Assembly (NCBI GenBank): GCA_964016885.1
Contig: OZ024758.1
Coordinates: 33,480,001 to 33,544,000 of the forward strand
Reading direction: 5' to 3'
Source of the DNA: Eledone cirrhosa
Taxonomy: Eukaryota
DNA: 64,000 nt
A program made the position numbers and the translations under genes. The notes beneath the pieces are model-generated. The model searched no databases and had not been told where the DNA came from. It was given only the letters and a program-made list of their open reading frames with translations. How positions within the stretch are numbered: position 1 is the stretch's first letter; each line of letters begins with the position of its first letter. Of the stretch, positions 22,989 to 39,300 are shown in pieces.

Positions 22989-25575
22989 ATTACAATACAA
23001 AACCTCTGAGAATGATTTCTAAGAATTTCACCATAATTAATTTTCATCAATATATATTAATATTATTATTGTTTATTAGGTCAGGTGGATTGGCGAGAAC
23101 AATTCTACTCTTCTTTTTTAGATGTCACGATTTTTCATGGCATTCCTGAGATCATTAATCTCCAGGTGGAGATCCAGAGACATCTGATGTATGTAGGTGA
23201 ACCTCAGTCATCCCACTTGGGTCTTACTATGTTTAGGTATCCACCACAGGAGCCAGCTCATCAGGTCATCCTACCCTCAGCAGCAATGTCCAGCATCTAT
23301 TGACTTCCGCTCCCTAGTTATTGTGGTAATCTTCGATATCTGGGAATATATTTCTTCTGCTTAAGGGAGTAATAAATATATAGTTTAAAAAAATATATAT
23401 ATATACACACACATATATATATGTTGACATTTATAAGAGTTCTCTATCAAAAGCCTTCTCTATGTCCAAAGCTAAGTATAGTGGCTTATTTGTCTCTAAG
23501 AACCTCTCTTGTAGTTGTCTCACTAAGAAGAGGGCATCTGTTGTACTTTTCAAAGGCACAAAAGCAAACTGCATCTCATACACATACATACATATACATA
23601 CATACATACATATACACATACATACATCATCATCATCATCATCATTTCGTTTTAAGTCTGCTTTTTCCCTGCTTGCAAGGGTGGGACGGGAACTGATTCT
23701 GGCTTGATTTCTACAGCTGGATGCCCTTCCTAACACCAACCTCATTTACAGTGAGTGCTGGGTGCTTTTTTGCCGTGGCACCTCCACGACCACTTTGCAG
23801 TGGAATGATATGGACCCCAATCCCTATCATCTCATTTCTACAGCTGAGTAAACTGGAGCAATGTGAAATAAAGTGTCTTGCTCAAGGAAACAACACATCA
23901 CCCGGTCTGAGAATTGAACTCACAACCTTTCGATTGCCAGGCCAATGGTCTAACCACTAAGCCATGTGCCTCCATATACATATACATACACATACATATA
24001 CATACACATATATATATACATACATACATATATACACATACATACATACACATACATACATACATACACATATACATACATATATATACATATACATACA
24101 TACACATACATAAGCATATACACATAAGTATATATACATATACATACATACATATATACATATACATACATATATATACATATACATACATACATATATA
24201 CATACATATATACACATACATACATATATACATATATACACATACATGGTGGCTGCCAACTCGTTTTCGAGTACGGCCACTACTTTATATCCATGTAGGA
24301 GAACCCCTACCGATGTGCTGAACGAGTGTGACTTTTTTGTCCAGCCAGCGACTTGAAAACTCTGGTACAAACACTACACTTGTGACAATTATTGACACAT
24401 AGTGCTGGGCCCATGGTACCATGTGACGGCAAGTGCAGAGAGATCTCCAGATATAAAGCAATGCCTGTGCCGTGAAGCTTTTATAGTGAGCAAAGGCACT
24501 GCACAAAGCCAGTCCCACTCTCTTAACCAAGATAATATTTACCAAAAAGAAGAACAAGTCAACATCATTGGATACCATCAGGGTTGCAGGTGTTATATCA
24601 GAGTTTTCCTTCTCCTAGAATTCTGCCTTGACAAAAGCTAAGGGGTCATCTCTCCCAGTGATTTTGGATGGCCATTGACTCTTAAGAGCTCCTTTGCCCT
24701 TTGACAGGTTTTGTTTTTAGTCCTGCAGGATGTCCAAAGTCACCCTCCTCACCAAGAAACCTTACATACATATATACATACATACACACATATACACATA
24801 CATACACACATATACATACATATATACATATACACATACATACATATACATACATATACATATACATACACATACATATATATATATATACATACACACA
24901 CATATACATACACACACATACATATACACATATATACACATACATACATATACATACATATACACATATACACTCATATATATACATACATACACACACA
25001 TACATACATACATATATATACATACATAAAGACAAATCCACCTCATGGACGAGAATGCAAGGGCTCCTCCTCTTTGTTTCGGCCGCGGATGGCTAACATA
25101 ACCCCATCCCCGCTCCCCACCGCTCCCACCCTCCAAACGCAATCCAAAACTTCAGAGTTGGTACCATGAATGTAGGCACCTTAAAGGGTGGCTCTAACGA
25201 GGTTGTAGAAATGCTTGAACGTAAGGAGGTCGATGTTTGTTTTATTCAAGAGACCAGGTGGAGGGGTGGGTCTGCTAGATTCATCGTGGGTAAAGAACGA
25301 TGCAATAAGCTTTTCTGTGTGGGAAATGACAATGGGCTGGGTATACACATACCACCCCACCACCCCAGCGCAAAGTGGTCGTGGAGGCGCCGCGGCAAAA
25401 ATGCACCCAGCCCACACTGTAAAGCTGACGTGGAGGTGCCACGGAAAAAAAAAGCACCCAGCACTCACTGCAAACGGGGTTGGCGTCAGGAAGGGCACCC
25501 AGCTGTAGAAACCAATCCAGAATCAGCTCCCATCCAACTCTTGCAAGGATGGAAAAGCGGACGTATGATGAAGTT

Positions 25576-25610
<35 letters not shown>

Positions 25611-27477
25611 ATATGTACACATATACACATACATATATGTACATATATATACACATGCATATATATCAGTGTACATATACATATACATATATATATATAA
25701 ATGAATATTTATTCAATTTAAAGCGCCAATTATCTATATATAACAAGATATGAATTTTTCTAGGGATGGGGAAATTTTCAGTTTGTTTTTATATTTTCAC
25801 TTCATTTTTTACTTTCTATTTAATACAGTCTTTGATCCAATATAATCCTGACAGTATTTGAACCAGTTTACCTCATATATATGTATGCACACACAACACT
25901 CAAGTTTCGCCATCTACTGCTATTTCATTCATATATATTGTTTAATTAACTCTGGTCTAATTCATCAACTATTGTTAATTATATTATTACGTAGATTTCT
26001 TATAAAATCTAGTGCATATATACGTGTATATATACAGGGAGACACTGTAATAGATGTAAAGAGAGTGGGCGATAGAGTTATAGAAGTAAAGAGAGGGAAA
26101 GAAATAAGCGGTAGATAGAGTAATAGATGTAAAGAGAGGGTTAGAACGTTCAACTTGACAGTCAGTACAATGTTCAGCATGGTAGCCAGTACATATGCCA
26201 ACTACCCAACCGGCCAGCCAGCCATATTTGCGGTTGACTGGCCAGTTGGGCGGTTGGTATATGGAACGTTCAACTACGCAGTCAGTACCAAAGTTCAACA
26301 TTGTAGCCAGTGCATATGCCGATCGCCGCGCCCTCTTTGCTCTATTTTAGTGACCTGGAACTAAGTAAAAAGAGTAGGAGATAACTCGACAAGAGCGGAG
26401 AGGGTGAGATTCGAACCATGTAAAGTCGTTGGCTCCTGAAGTTCGTAAGCTGAGCAACGCTGGCAGCAAGGCAAATCGCGCATAAAATAACACTTATATC
26501 GACAAAATAAAACAAAATTTTCAATGTTGCACTCTTGTTTGTTGTTCTTTTATTTTACGTAAACATTTCGCTGCGCTAGCCTCTTATTTCCTATTAGATT
26601 ACACTTAATTCCATTAAACATTCATTCTTAGTCTCGTGGTAAACTATTTCATCTATATTTATATCGCTGTTACAGCCTTTTATTTCTACATCTATCACCT
26701 ATAGCCACTGTTACGCCGGTAGTATAAGTAGCTTTATAACAAGAAACGATGATATAACTCCACAAAATGTGTTCTTGAGCAAGACACTTCACTTCATATT
26801 GCTCCAGTACACCGAGTTACACATAGACAGATACATACATACACATATATATGTACACAGATAGAAATAAGAGGGAGATAGAGTAAAAGATGTAAAGATA
26901 GTGTAAAAGATTTAAAGAGAGGGTGAGAGTGTGACACACATTTATCTGTCTATCTCTCTCTATTTTAACACCGGTCGTTATAATTAGTTTTATAACACCG
27001 CTATATTACCGACATGAAAGAGGTAAATAATTATTTTTTAAATGTATAGAACATGTTTCTCTTGTCTTCTTAAATGTATAGAACATGTTTCTTATTTATA
27101 TTCTTAACATAGCTACGACCTTATCTCATTTACTGGTCTCTACTTTTAGGACTTTGCTGGTCCCATGTGCCCTCCATCAAGACACACTCGTCCCTTCTCT
27201 GAGCCCCCGTACTAATTACTACACATACGTATATATATTTATTTTAAGAAACCTGAATGACAAATAATATAAAGTGTTTGTAAAGTGGGGAAGCGTAGTT
27301 TTACGGTGCAGTTGTTATATAGATATCGTTTTTGCAGTGGGGTTGTGACTGGCGTATAATAATGAGTCACTGTTGATGTATATACAAATCATATTTTGGA
27401 TATAAGTGAAGTTATTTAAGAGATTTAGTTGTTTTGTATACATTCCAGTTGTTGTCTCCCTGTTTCTTCTTCAACAA

Positions 27478-29478
27478 CTATAACGGTACGCGATGGGGCC
27501 CACCCACAGCCCCGGCGGACAGAATGGAGATGGAGTTTCCCCGGAGCACGGCAAGGGAGACGCGCTGGAAAAGCCACTCCAACTCGCGGGGCTCACACCT
27601 GCGGCTGGCCAGCTCAGCGCCTATGGTGGTGAGTAAGGAGGTAGCCCTGGGGCCGAGGACACCAGAAGTCTCCACTTCCAGGGGTACGACCGCAAACCTG
27701 TCGGAGAGCGACCGATATGTGAGGAGTTTGGCCCCCTCAGCCTGACGTGCAGCAGAACCTGGGCCAGTCGCAGACTGCACCAGGTTGCGGCTGCAGAAAG
27801 TGTCGGTGCAAGTGGCATCCCAGACGAGGGGTTTGCCACCGCGGAACGGGAAGATGGTCATGCCATCTGGCCTTTTGCCGTCCCCTGGAGCTGGGAAGGG
27901 AAGCCTGCAGCGTCCAAGCCATGCTTAATGACTTCGTTGAGGGCAACATGGCGTGGATTGCGGCTGGCACTGTGGCGACAGGAAAGCGGGTGGAGGCCGA
28001 AAGAGTCCATTTTGGAACCGCAGCGACATTGGTGTGAGGCCGACCCTCAGGGAAACGCCGATGCGCAAGCTATGGTTGTCTAGCTGCGTGCGAGTGGAGA
28101 AGGAGGGCAGGGCATGGAGCCAGCACCACTGTTGGGTTTGGAGGCCGCACGAAAACAAACAAGGCGGTGCTGGTCGAGCTGGCGCGTGAGCCTGTCTGAG
28201 GCCAGGCTGCACTGGATGGCATCCCAAGTGTGTTGGGGGGACTTGACGTCAACAGGGGGAGAAGGAGGAGGAACGTCTACTGGGCTAAGTCCTAGCCGGT
28301 CCCACGTCTCACAGGCGGCCACGCGTTCTCTGAACACAGAGGGTTCTGTTGTGTTTTGAAGAACCCTGCTGAGGAGGACGTGGTACGAGGTTACCGACGA
28401 AAGATACGCCGGCAAAGCTAGTGAGATCGGGGACTGGAGGTGAAGGCCGCCATACCTGACAGGTAAAGTTGCATATCTCATCGGCTGCTGCTCGGATACA
28501 AGTCTGGGTGTAGCACAGAGTGTATAGAGGAGCTTCGGCATGGCGTAGCAGTTCCTCAGCAGAAAGAGAACTGGGTGGCCATCAATCAAGCCCAGTCGGC
28601 TCGTGAGAGTCTGGACTTGATGGTGGAGCGGATGGCCGGCGGGTGGATCGGTGAGGGCATCCTCTTTGGGGGTCACCTGAACCTGGCGGAGAATGGACCG
28701 CACGTCCAAGACGGAGACTGCAAAGCTTGCAGCATCGAGGCTGACATTCACCACCTCCGACTTGGCTGAGTTGACCTGGAGGTCGATTCTCGCCAGGGCA
28801 GGAACCACCAATTGAAGGTCATGGCAGACCGTCTGTACGGGCCCACCCAAAGTAGCATCATCCAGATACCAAATGTTGAGAGGGGCCGTTATACTCCGGG
28901 CGATGTGGTCAATACCAAGGGTGAACAGGAGGGGTCCCAAAGGGTTGCCCTGTTGGATCCCAGTAGCCAAGGGTATGACCGTATCAGCAGCATGGCGCAT
29001 GCTCGAGGCTCCATATGACAGGTAGGCTGAGGGGGCTCGGCTGAGGCAGGCCTCGAGCAGATGATCCCAGCGTAAAGAGTTGAAGGCATTCCTCATGTCA
29101 AACTTGACAATGAGGTGGCTGGAGGCCCTGGATGCCGGTTCCGAGTGTTACGGACTTGCAGATTACCTTGGCAGCTAGCCTCCGGAAGACATTGCCCACA
29201 GCAATGGGGCGTATGCCACCCTCTTTCTTCCTGAGAGCGGTGAGGCTGGCCGAAAAAAAGAGGCCTCGAGCATAAGAGTCCAGGGCGCCATGGATGAGCC
29301 TATTGGTGAGCGCCACAATTGCACTCAGAAGGCGGCGCCCGGCCTCAGCGGAGAGGGGAGATATCAACTCCTTGAGGAGGCCTGGTCAGAGACCGTCAAC
29401 ATCTCCGCAGCTGCTAGCTGTGAAGGACCTGATGGCGGACATGATGTCTGCATCAGAAGCCACAAGGAGCAAGTGTGG
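27478..29478 (-). pseudogene. CRE-clade retrotransposon remnant, copy 3
   Basis: Same ORF set as 20988-22988 at offset 6490, sharing the same lesions. Confidence 0.9.
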
Positions 29479-32096
29479 ATTACAATACAAAACCTCTGAG
29501 AATGATTTCTAAGAATTTCACCATAATTAATTTTCATCAATATATATTAATATTATTATTGTTTATTAGGTCAGGTGGATTGGCGAGAACAATTCTACTC
29601 TTCTTTTTTAGATGTCACGATTTTTCATGGCATTCCTGAGATCATTAATCTCCAGGTGGAGATCCAGAGACATCTGATGTATGTAGGTGAACCTCAGTCA
29701 TCCCACTTGGGTCTTACTATGTTTAGGTATCCACCACAGGAGCCAGCTCATCAGGTCATCCTACCCTCAGCAGCAATGTCCAGCATCTATTGACTTCCGC
29801 TCCCTAGTTATTGTGGTAATCTTCGATATCTGGGAATATATTTCTTCTGCTTAAGGGAGTAATAAATATATAGTTTAAAAAAAAACATATATATACACAC
29901 ACATATATATATTTTCACATTTATAAGAGTTCTCTATCAAAAGCCTTCTCTATGTCCAAAGCTAAGTATAGTGGCTTATTTGTCTCTAAGAACCTCTCTT
30001 GTAGTTGTCTCACTAAGAAGAGGGCATCTGTTGTACTTTTCAGAGGCACAAAAGCAAACTGCATCTCATACACATACATACATATACATACATACATACA
30101 TATACACATACATACATCATCATCATCATTTCGTTTTAAGTCCGCTTTTTCCCTGCTTGCAAGGGTGGGACGGGAACTGATTCTGGCTTGATTTCTACAG
30201 CTAGATGACCTTCCTAACACCAACCTCATTTACAGTGAGTGCTGGGTGCTTTTTTGCCGTGGCACCTCCACGACCACTTTGCAGTGGAATGATATGGACC
30301 CCAATCCCTATCATCTCATTTCTACAGCTGAGTAAACTGGAGCAATGTGAAATAAAGTGTCTTGCTCAAGGAAACAACACATCACCCGGTCTGAGAATTG
30401 AACTCACAACCTTTCGATTGCCAGGCCAATGCTCTAACCACTAAGCCATGTGCCTCCATATACATATACATACACATACATATACATACATATATATATA
30501 TACATACATACATATATACACATACATACATACACATACATACATACATACACATATACATACATATATATACATATACATACATACACATACATAAGCA
30601 TATACACATAAGTATATATACATATACACACGTATATATACATATACATACATACATATATACATATACATACATATATATACATATACATACATACATA
30701 TATACATACATATATACACATACATACATATATACATATATACACATACATGGTGGCTGCCAACTCGTTTTCGAGTACGGCCACTACTTTATATCCATGT
30801 AGGAGAACCCCTACCGATGTGCTGAACGAGTGTGACTTTTTAGTCCAGCCAGCGACTTGAAAACTCTGGTACAAACACTACACTTGTGACAATTATTGAC
30901 ACATAGTGCTGGGCCCATGGTACCATGTGACGGCAAGTGCAGAGAGATCTCCAGATATAAAGCAATGCCTGTGCCGTGAAGCTTTTATAGTGAGCAAAGG
31001 CACTGCACAAAGCCAGTCCCACTCTCTTAACCAAGATGATATTTACCAAAAAGAAGAACAAGTCAACATCATTGGATACCATCAGGGTTGCAGGTGTTAT
31101 ATCAGAGTTTTCCTTCTCCTAGAATTCTGCCTTGACAAAAGCTAAGGGGTCATCTCTCCCAGTGATTTTGGATGGCCATTGACTCTTAAGAGCTCCTTTT
31201 CCCTTTGACAGGTTTTGTTTTTAGTCCTGCAGGATGTCCAAAGTCACCCTCCTCACCAAGAAACCTTACATACATATATACATACATACACACATATCCA
31301 CATATACACATACATACACACATATACATACATATATACATATACACATACATACATATACATACATATACATATACATACACATACATATATATATATA
31401 TATATACATACACACACATATACATACACACACATACATATACACATATATACACATACATACACATACATATACATACATATACACATATACACTCATA
31501 TATATACATACATACACACACATACATACATACATATATATACATACATAAAGACAAATCCACCTCATGGACGAGAATGCAAGGGCTCCTCCTCTTTGTT
31601 TCGGCCGCGGATGGCTAACATAACCCCATCCCCGCTCCCCACCGCTCCCACCCTCCAAACGCAATCCAAAACTTCAGAGTTGGTACCATGAATGTAGGCA
31701 CCTTAAAGGGTGGCTCTAACGAGGTTGTAGAAATGCTTGAACGTAAGGAGGTCGATGTTTGTTTTATTCAAGTGACCAGGTGGAGGGGTGGGTCTGCTAG
31801 ATTCATCGTGGGTAAAGAACGATGCAATAAGCTTTTCTGTGTGGGAAATGACAATGGGCTGGGTATACACATACCACCCCACCACCCCAGCGCAAAGTGG
31901 TCGTGGAGGCGCCGCGGCAAAAATGCACCCAGCCCACACTGTAAAGCTGACGTGGAGGTGCCACGGAAAAAAAAAGCACCCAGCACTCACTGCAAACGGG
32001 GTTGGCGTCAGGAAGGGCACCCAGCTGTAGAAACCAATCCAGAATCAGCTCCCATCCCACCCTTGCAAGCATGGAAAAGCGGACGTATGATGAAGT

Positions 32097-32133
<37 letters not shown>

Positions 32134-32941
32134 TATATATATATACACATACATATGTACACATATACACATACATATATGTACATATATATACACATGC
32201 ATATATACACACATATATATCAGTGTACATATACATATATATATATAAATGAATATTTATTCAATTTAAAGCGCCAATTATCTATATATAACAAGATATG
32301 AATTTTTCTAGGGATGGGGAAATTTTCAGTTTGTTTTTATATTTTCACTTCATTTTTTACTTTCTATTTAATACAGTCTTTGATCCAATATAATCCTGAC
32401 AGTATTTGAACCAGTTTACCTCATATATATGTATGCACACACAACACTCAAGTTTCGCCATCTACTGCTATTTCATTCATATATATTGTTTAATTAACTC
32501 TGGTCTAATTCATCAACTATTGTTAATTATATTATTACGTAGATTTCTTATAAAATCTAGTGCATATATACGTGTATATATACAGGGAGACACTGTAATA
32601 GATGTAAAGAGAGTGGGAGATAGAGTTATAGAAGTAAAGAGAGGGAAAGAAATAAGCGGTAGATAGAGTAATAGATGTAAAGAGAGGGTTAGAACGTTCA
32701 ACTTGACAGTCAGTACAATGTTCAGCATGGTAGCCAGTACATATGCCAACTACCCAACCGGCCAGCCAGCCGTATTTGCTGTTGACTGGCCAGTTGGGCG
32801 GTTGGTATATGGAACGTTCAACTACGCAGTCAGTACCAAAGTTCAACATTATAGCCAGTGCATATGCCGATCGCCGCGACCTCTTTGCTCTATTTTAGTG
32901 ACCTGGAACTAAGTAAAAAGAGTAGGAGATAACTCGACAAG

Positions 32942-33027
32942 AGCGGAGAGGGTGAGATTCGAACCATGTAAAGTCGTTGGCTCCTGAAGTTAGTAAGCGG
33001 GGCTGCTACTGACTGAGGAACGCCGGC
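32942..33027 (-). mobile_element. tRNA-like SINE head (longer allele; 15-bp shorter alleles at ~19903-19975 and ~26393-26465)
   Basis: Minus strand GCCGGCGTTCCTCAGTCAGTAGC (A-box-like) ... GGTTCGAATCTC (B box). No full cloverleaf. Confidence 0.55.
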
Positions 33028-33609
33028 AGCAAGGCAAATCGCGCATAAAATAACACTTATATCGACAAAATAAAACAAAAATTTCAATGTTGCACTCTTG
33101 TTTGTTGTTCTTTTATTTTACGTAAACATTTCGCTGCTCTAGCCTCTTATTTCCTATTAGATTACACTTAATTCCATTAAACATTCATTCTTAGTCTCGT
33201 GGTAAACTATTTCATCTATATTTATATCGCTGTTACAGCCTTTTATTTCTACATCTATCACCTATAGCCACTGTTACGCCGGTAGTATAAGTAGCTTTAT
33301 AACAAGAAACGATGATATAACTCCACAAAATGTGTTCTTGAGCAAGACACTTCACTTCATATTGCTCCAGTACACCGAGTTACACATAGACAGATACATA
33401 CATACACATATATATGTACACAGATAGAAATAAGAGGGAGATAGAGTAAAAGATGTAAAGATAGTGTAAAAGATTTAAAGAGAGGGTGAGAGTGTGACAC
33501 ACATTTATCTGTCTATCTCTCTCTATTTTAACACCGGTCGTTATAATTAGTTTTATAACACCGCTATATTACCGACATGAAAGAGGTAAATAATTATTTT
33601 TTAAATGTA

Positions 33610-36383
<2,774 letters not shown>

Positions 36384-36386
<3 letters not shown>

Positions 36387-39300
36387 GCTGTCAGAAGTAA
36401 CTCCACTGTTGGTGAGAATTCATTTAAGTTCATGGTATTAGCTGTCAGAAGGAACGCCACTGTTGGTGAGAATTCATTTAAGTTCATGGTACTAGCTGTC
36501 AGAAGTAACTCCAATGTTGGTGAGAATTCATTTAAGTTCATGGTATTAGCTGTCAGAAGTAACTCCACTGTTGGTGAGAATTCATTTAAGTTCATGGTAC
36601 TAGCTGTCTGAAGTAACTCCAATGTTGGTGAGAATTCATTTAAGTTCATGGTATTAGCTGTCAGAAGGAACTCCACTGTTGCCGAGAATTCATTTAAGTT
36701 CATGGTATTAGCTGTCAGAAGTAACTCCACTGTTGGTGAGAATTCATTTAAGTTCATGGTACTAGCTGTCAGAAGTAACTCCACTGTTGGTGAGAATTCA
36801 TTTAAGTTCATGGTATTAGCTGTCAGAAGTCACTCCAATGTTGGTGAGAATTCATTTAAGTTCATGGTATTAGCTGTCAGAAGTCACTCCACTGTTGGTG
36901 AGAATTCATTTAAGTTCATGGTACTAGCTGTCAGAAGTAACCCCAATGTTGGTGAGAATTCATTTAAGTTCATGGTATTAGCTGTCAGAAGTCACTCCAA
37001 TGTTGGTGAGAATTCATTTAAGTTCATGGTATTAGCTGTCAGAAGTAACTCCACTGTTGGTGAGAATTCATTTAAGTTCATGGTATTAGTTTGTCAGAAG
37101 TAACTCCACTGTTGGTGAGAATTCATTTAAGTCATGGTATTAGTTGTCAGAAGTAACTCCAATGTTGGTGAGAATTCATTTAAGTTCATGGTATTAGCTG
37201 TCAGAAGGAACTCCACTGTTGGTGAGAATTCATTTAAGTTCATGGTATTAGCTGTCAGAAGGAACTCCAATGTTGGTGAGAATTCATTTAAGTCATGGTA
37301 CTAGCTGTCAGAAGTAACTCCACTGTTGGTGAGAATTCATTTAAGTTCATGGTATTAGCTGTCAGAAGGAACGCCACTGTTGGTGAGAATTCATTTAAGT
37401 TCATGGTACTAGCTGTCAGAAGTAACTCCAATGTTGGTGAGAATTCATTTAAGTTCATGGTATTAGCTGTCAGAAGGAACTCCACTGTTGGTGAGAATTC
37501 ATTTAAGTTCATGGTATTAGCTGTCAGAAGTAACTCCACTGTTGGTGAGAATTCATTTAATTCATGGTATTAGCTGTCAGAAGTAACTCCATTGTTGGTG
37601 AGAATTCATTTAAGCCATGGTACTAGCTGGCAGAAGTAACTCCAATGTTGGTGAGAATTCATTTAAATCATGGTACTAGCTGTCAGAAGTAACTCCAATG
37701 TTGGTGAGAATTCATTTAAGTTCATGGTATTAGCTGTCAGAAGGAACTCCACTGTTGGTGAGAATTCATTTAAGTTCATGGTATTAGCTGTCAGAAGTAA
37801 CTCCACTGTTGGTGAGAATTCATTTAAGTTCATGGTATTAGCTGTCAGAAGTAACTCCACTGTTGGTGAGAATTCATTTAAGTTCATGGTACTAGCTGTC
37901 AGAAGTAACTCCAATGTTGGTGAGAATTCATTTAAGTTCATGGTATTAGCTGTCAGAAGTAACTCCACTGTTGGTGAGAATTCATTTAAGTTCATGGTAT
38001 TAGCTGTCAGAAGTAACTCCACTGTTGGTGAGAATTCATTTAAGTTCATGGTACTAGCTGTCAGAAGTAACTCCACTGTTGGTGAGAATTCATTTAAGTT
38101 CATGGTATTAGTTTGTCAGAAGTAACTCCACTGTTGGTGAGAATTCATTTAAGTCATGGTATTAGTTGTCAGAAGTAACTCCAATGTTGGTGAGAATTCA
38201 TTTAAGTTCATGGTACTAGCTGTCAGAAGTAACTCCACTGTTGGTGAGAATTCATTTAAGTTCATGGTATTAGCTGTCAGAAGTAACTCCACTGTTGGTG
38301 AGAATTCATTTAAGTCATGGTATTAGCTGTCAGAAGTAACTCCAATGTTGGTGAGAATTCATTTAAGTCATGGTACTAGCTGTCAGAAGTAACTCCAATG
38401 TTGGTGAGAATTCATTTAAGTTCATGGTATTAGCTGTCAGAAGTAACTCCACTGTTGGTGAGAATTCATTTAAGTTCATGGTATTAGCTGTCAGAAGTAA
38501 CTCCACTGTTGGTGAGAATTCATTTAAGTTCATGGTATTAGCTGTCAGAAGGAACTCCAATGTTGGTGAGAATTCATTTAAGTCATGGTACTAGCTGTCA
38601 GAAGTAACTCCACTGTTGGTGAGAATTCATTTAAGTTCATGGTATTAGCTGTCAGAAGGAACGCCACTGTTGGTGAGAATTCATTTAAGTTCATGGTATT
38701 AGCTGTCAGAAGTAACTCCACTGTTGGTGAGAATTCATTTAAGTTCATGGTACTAGCTGTCAGAAATAACTCCAATGTTGGTGAGAATTCATTTAAGTTC
38801 ATGGTATTAGCTGTCAGAAGGAACTCGACTGTTGCTGAGAATTCATTTAAGTTCATGGTATTAGCTGTCAGAAGTAACTCCACTGTTGGTGAGAATTCAT
38901 TTAAGTTCATGGTACTAGCTGTCAGAAGTAACTCCACTGTTGGTGAGAATTCATATAAGTTCATGGTATTAGCTGTCAGAAGTCACTCCAATGTTGGTGA
39001 GAATTCATTTAAGTTCATGGTATTAGCTGTCAGAAGTCACTCCACTGTTGGTGAGAATTCATTTAAGTTCATGGTACTAGCTGTCAGAAGTAACCCCAAT
39101 GTTGGTGAGAATTCATTTAAGTTCATGGTATTAGCTGTCAGAAGTAACTCCACTGTGGGTGAGAATTCATTTAAGTCATGGTATTAGCTGTCAGAAGTAA
39201 CTCCAATGTTGGTGAGAATTCATTTAAGTTCATGGTATTAGCTGTCAGAAGTAACTCCACTGTTGGTGAGAATTCATTTAAGTTCATGGTATTAGATGTC

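Larger units (their letters stand above)
10077..33609. repeat. Tandem segmental repeat of a ~6.5 kb unit: partial 10077-14404, full 19388-25877 (6490 bp), full 25878-32425 (6548 bp), partial 32426-33609
   Basis: Matching ORFs recur at offsets 12298 (10310/22608), 6490 (22608/29098; 19475/25965) and 6548 (25965/32513). Copies differ by scattered SNPs and microsatellite lengths. Confidence 0.95.

Noticed and set aside
32942-33027. Genuine tRNA gene
   Set aside because: A/B-box-like motifs only. I could not fold a convincing acceptor and anticodon stem.
19388-33609. Tandem copies as a pure assembly artefact
   Set aside because: Copies differ by SNPs, microsatellite lengths, a 15-bp indel and clean TE presence/absence, which favours real duplication. 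Read-level confirmation is still needed.
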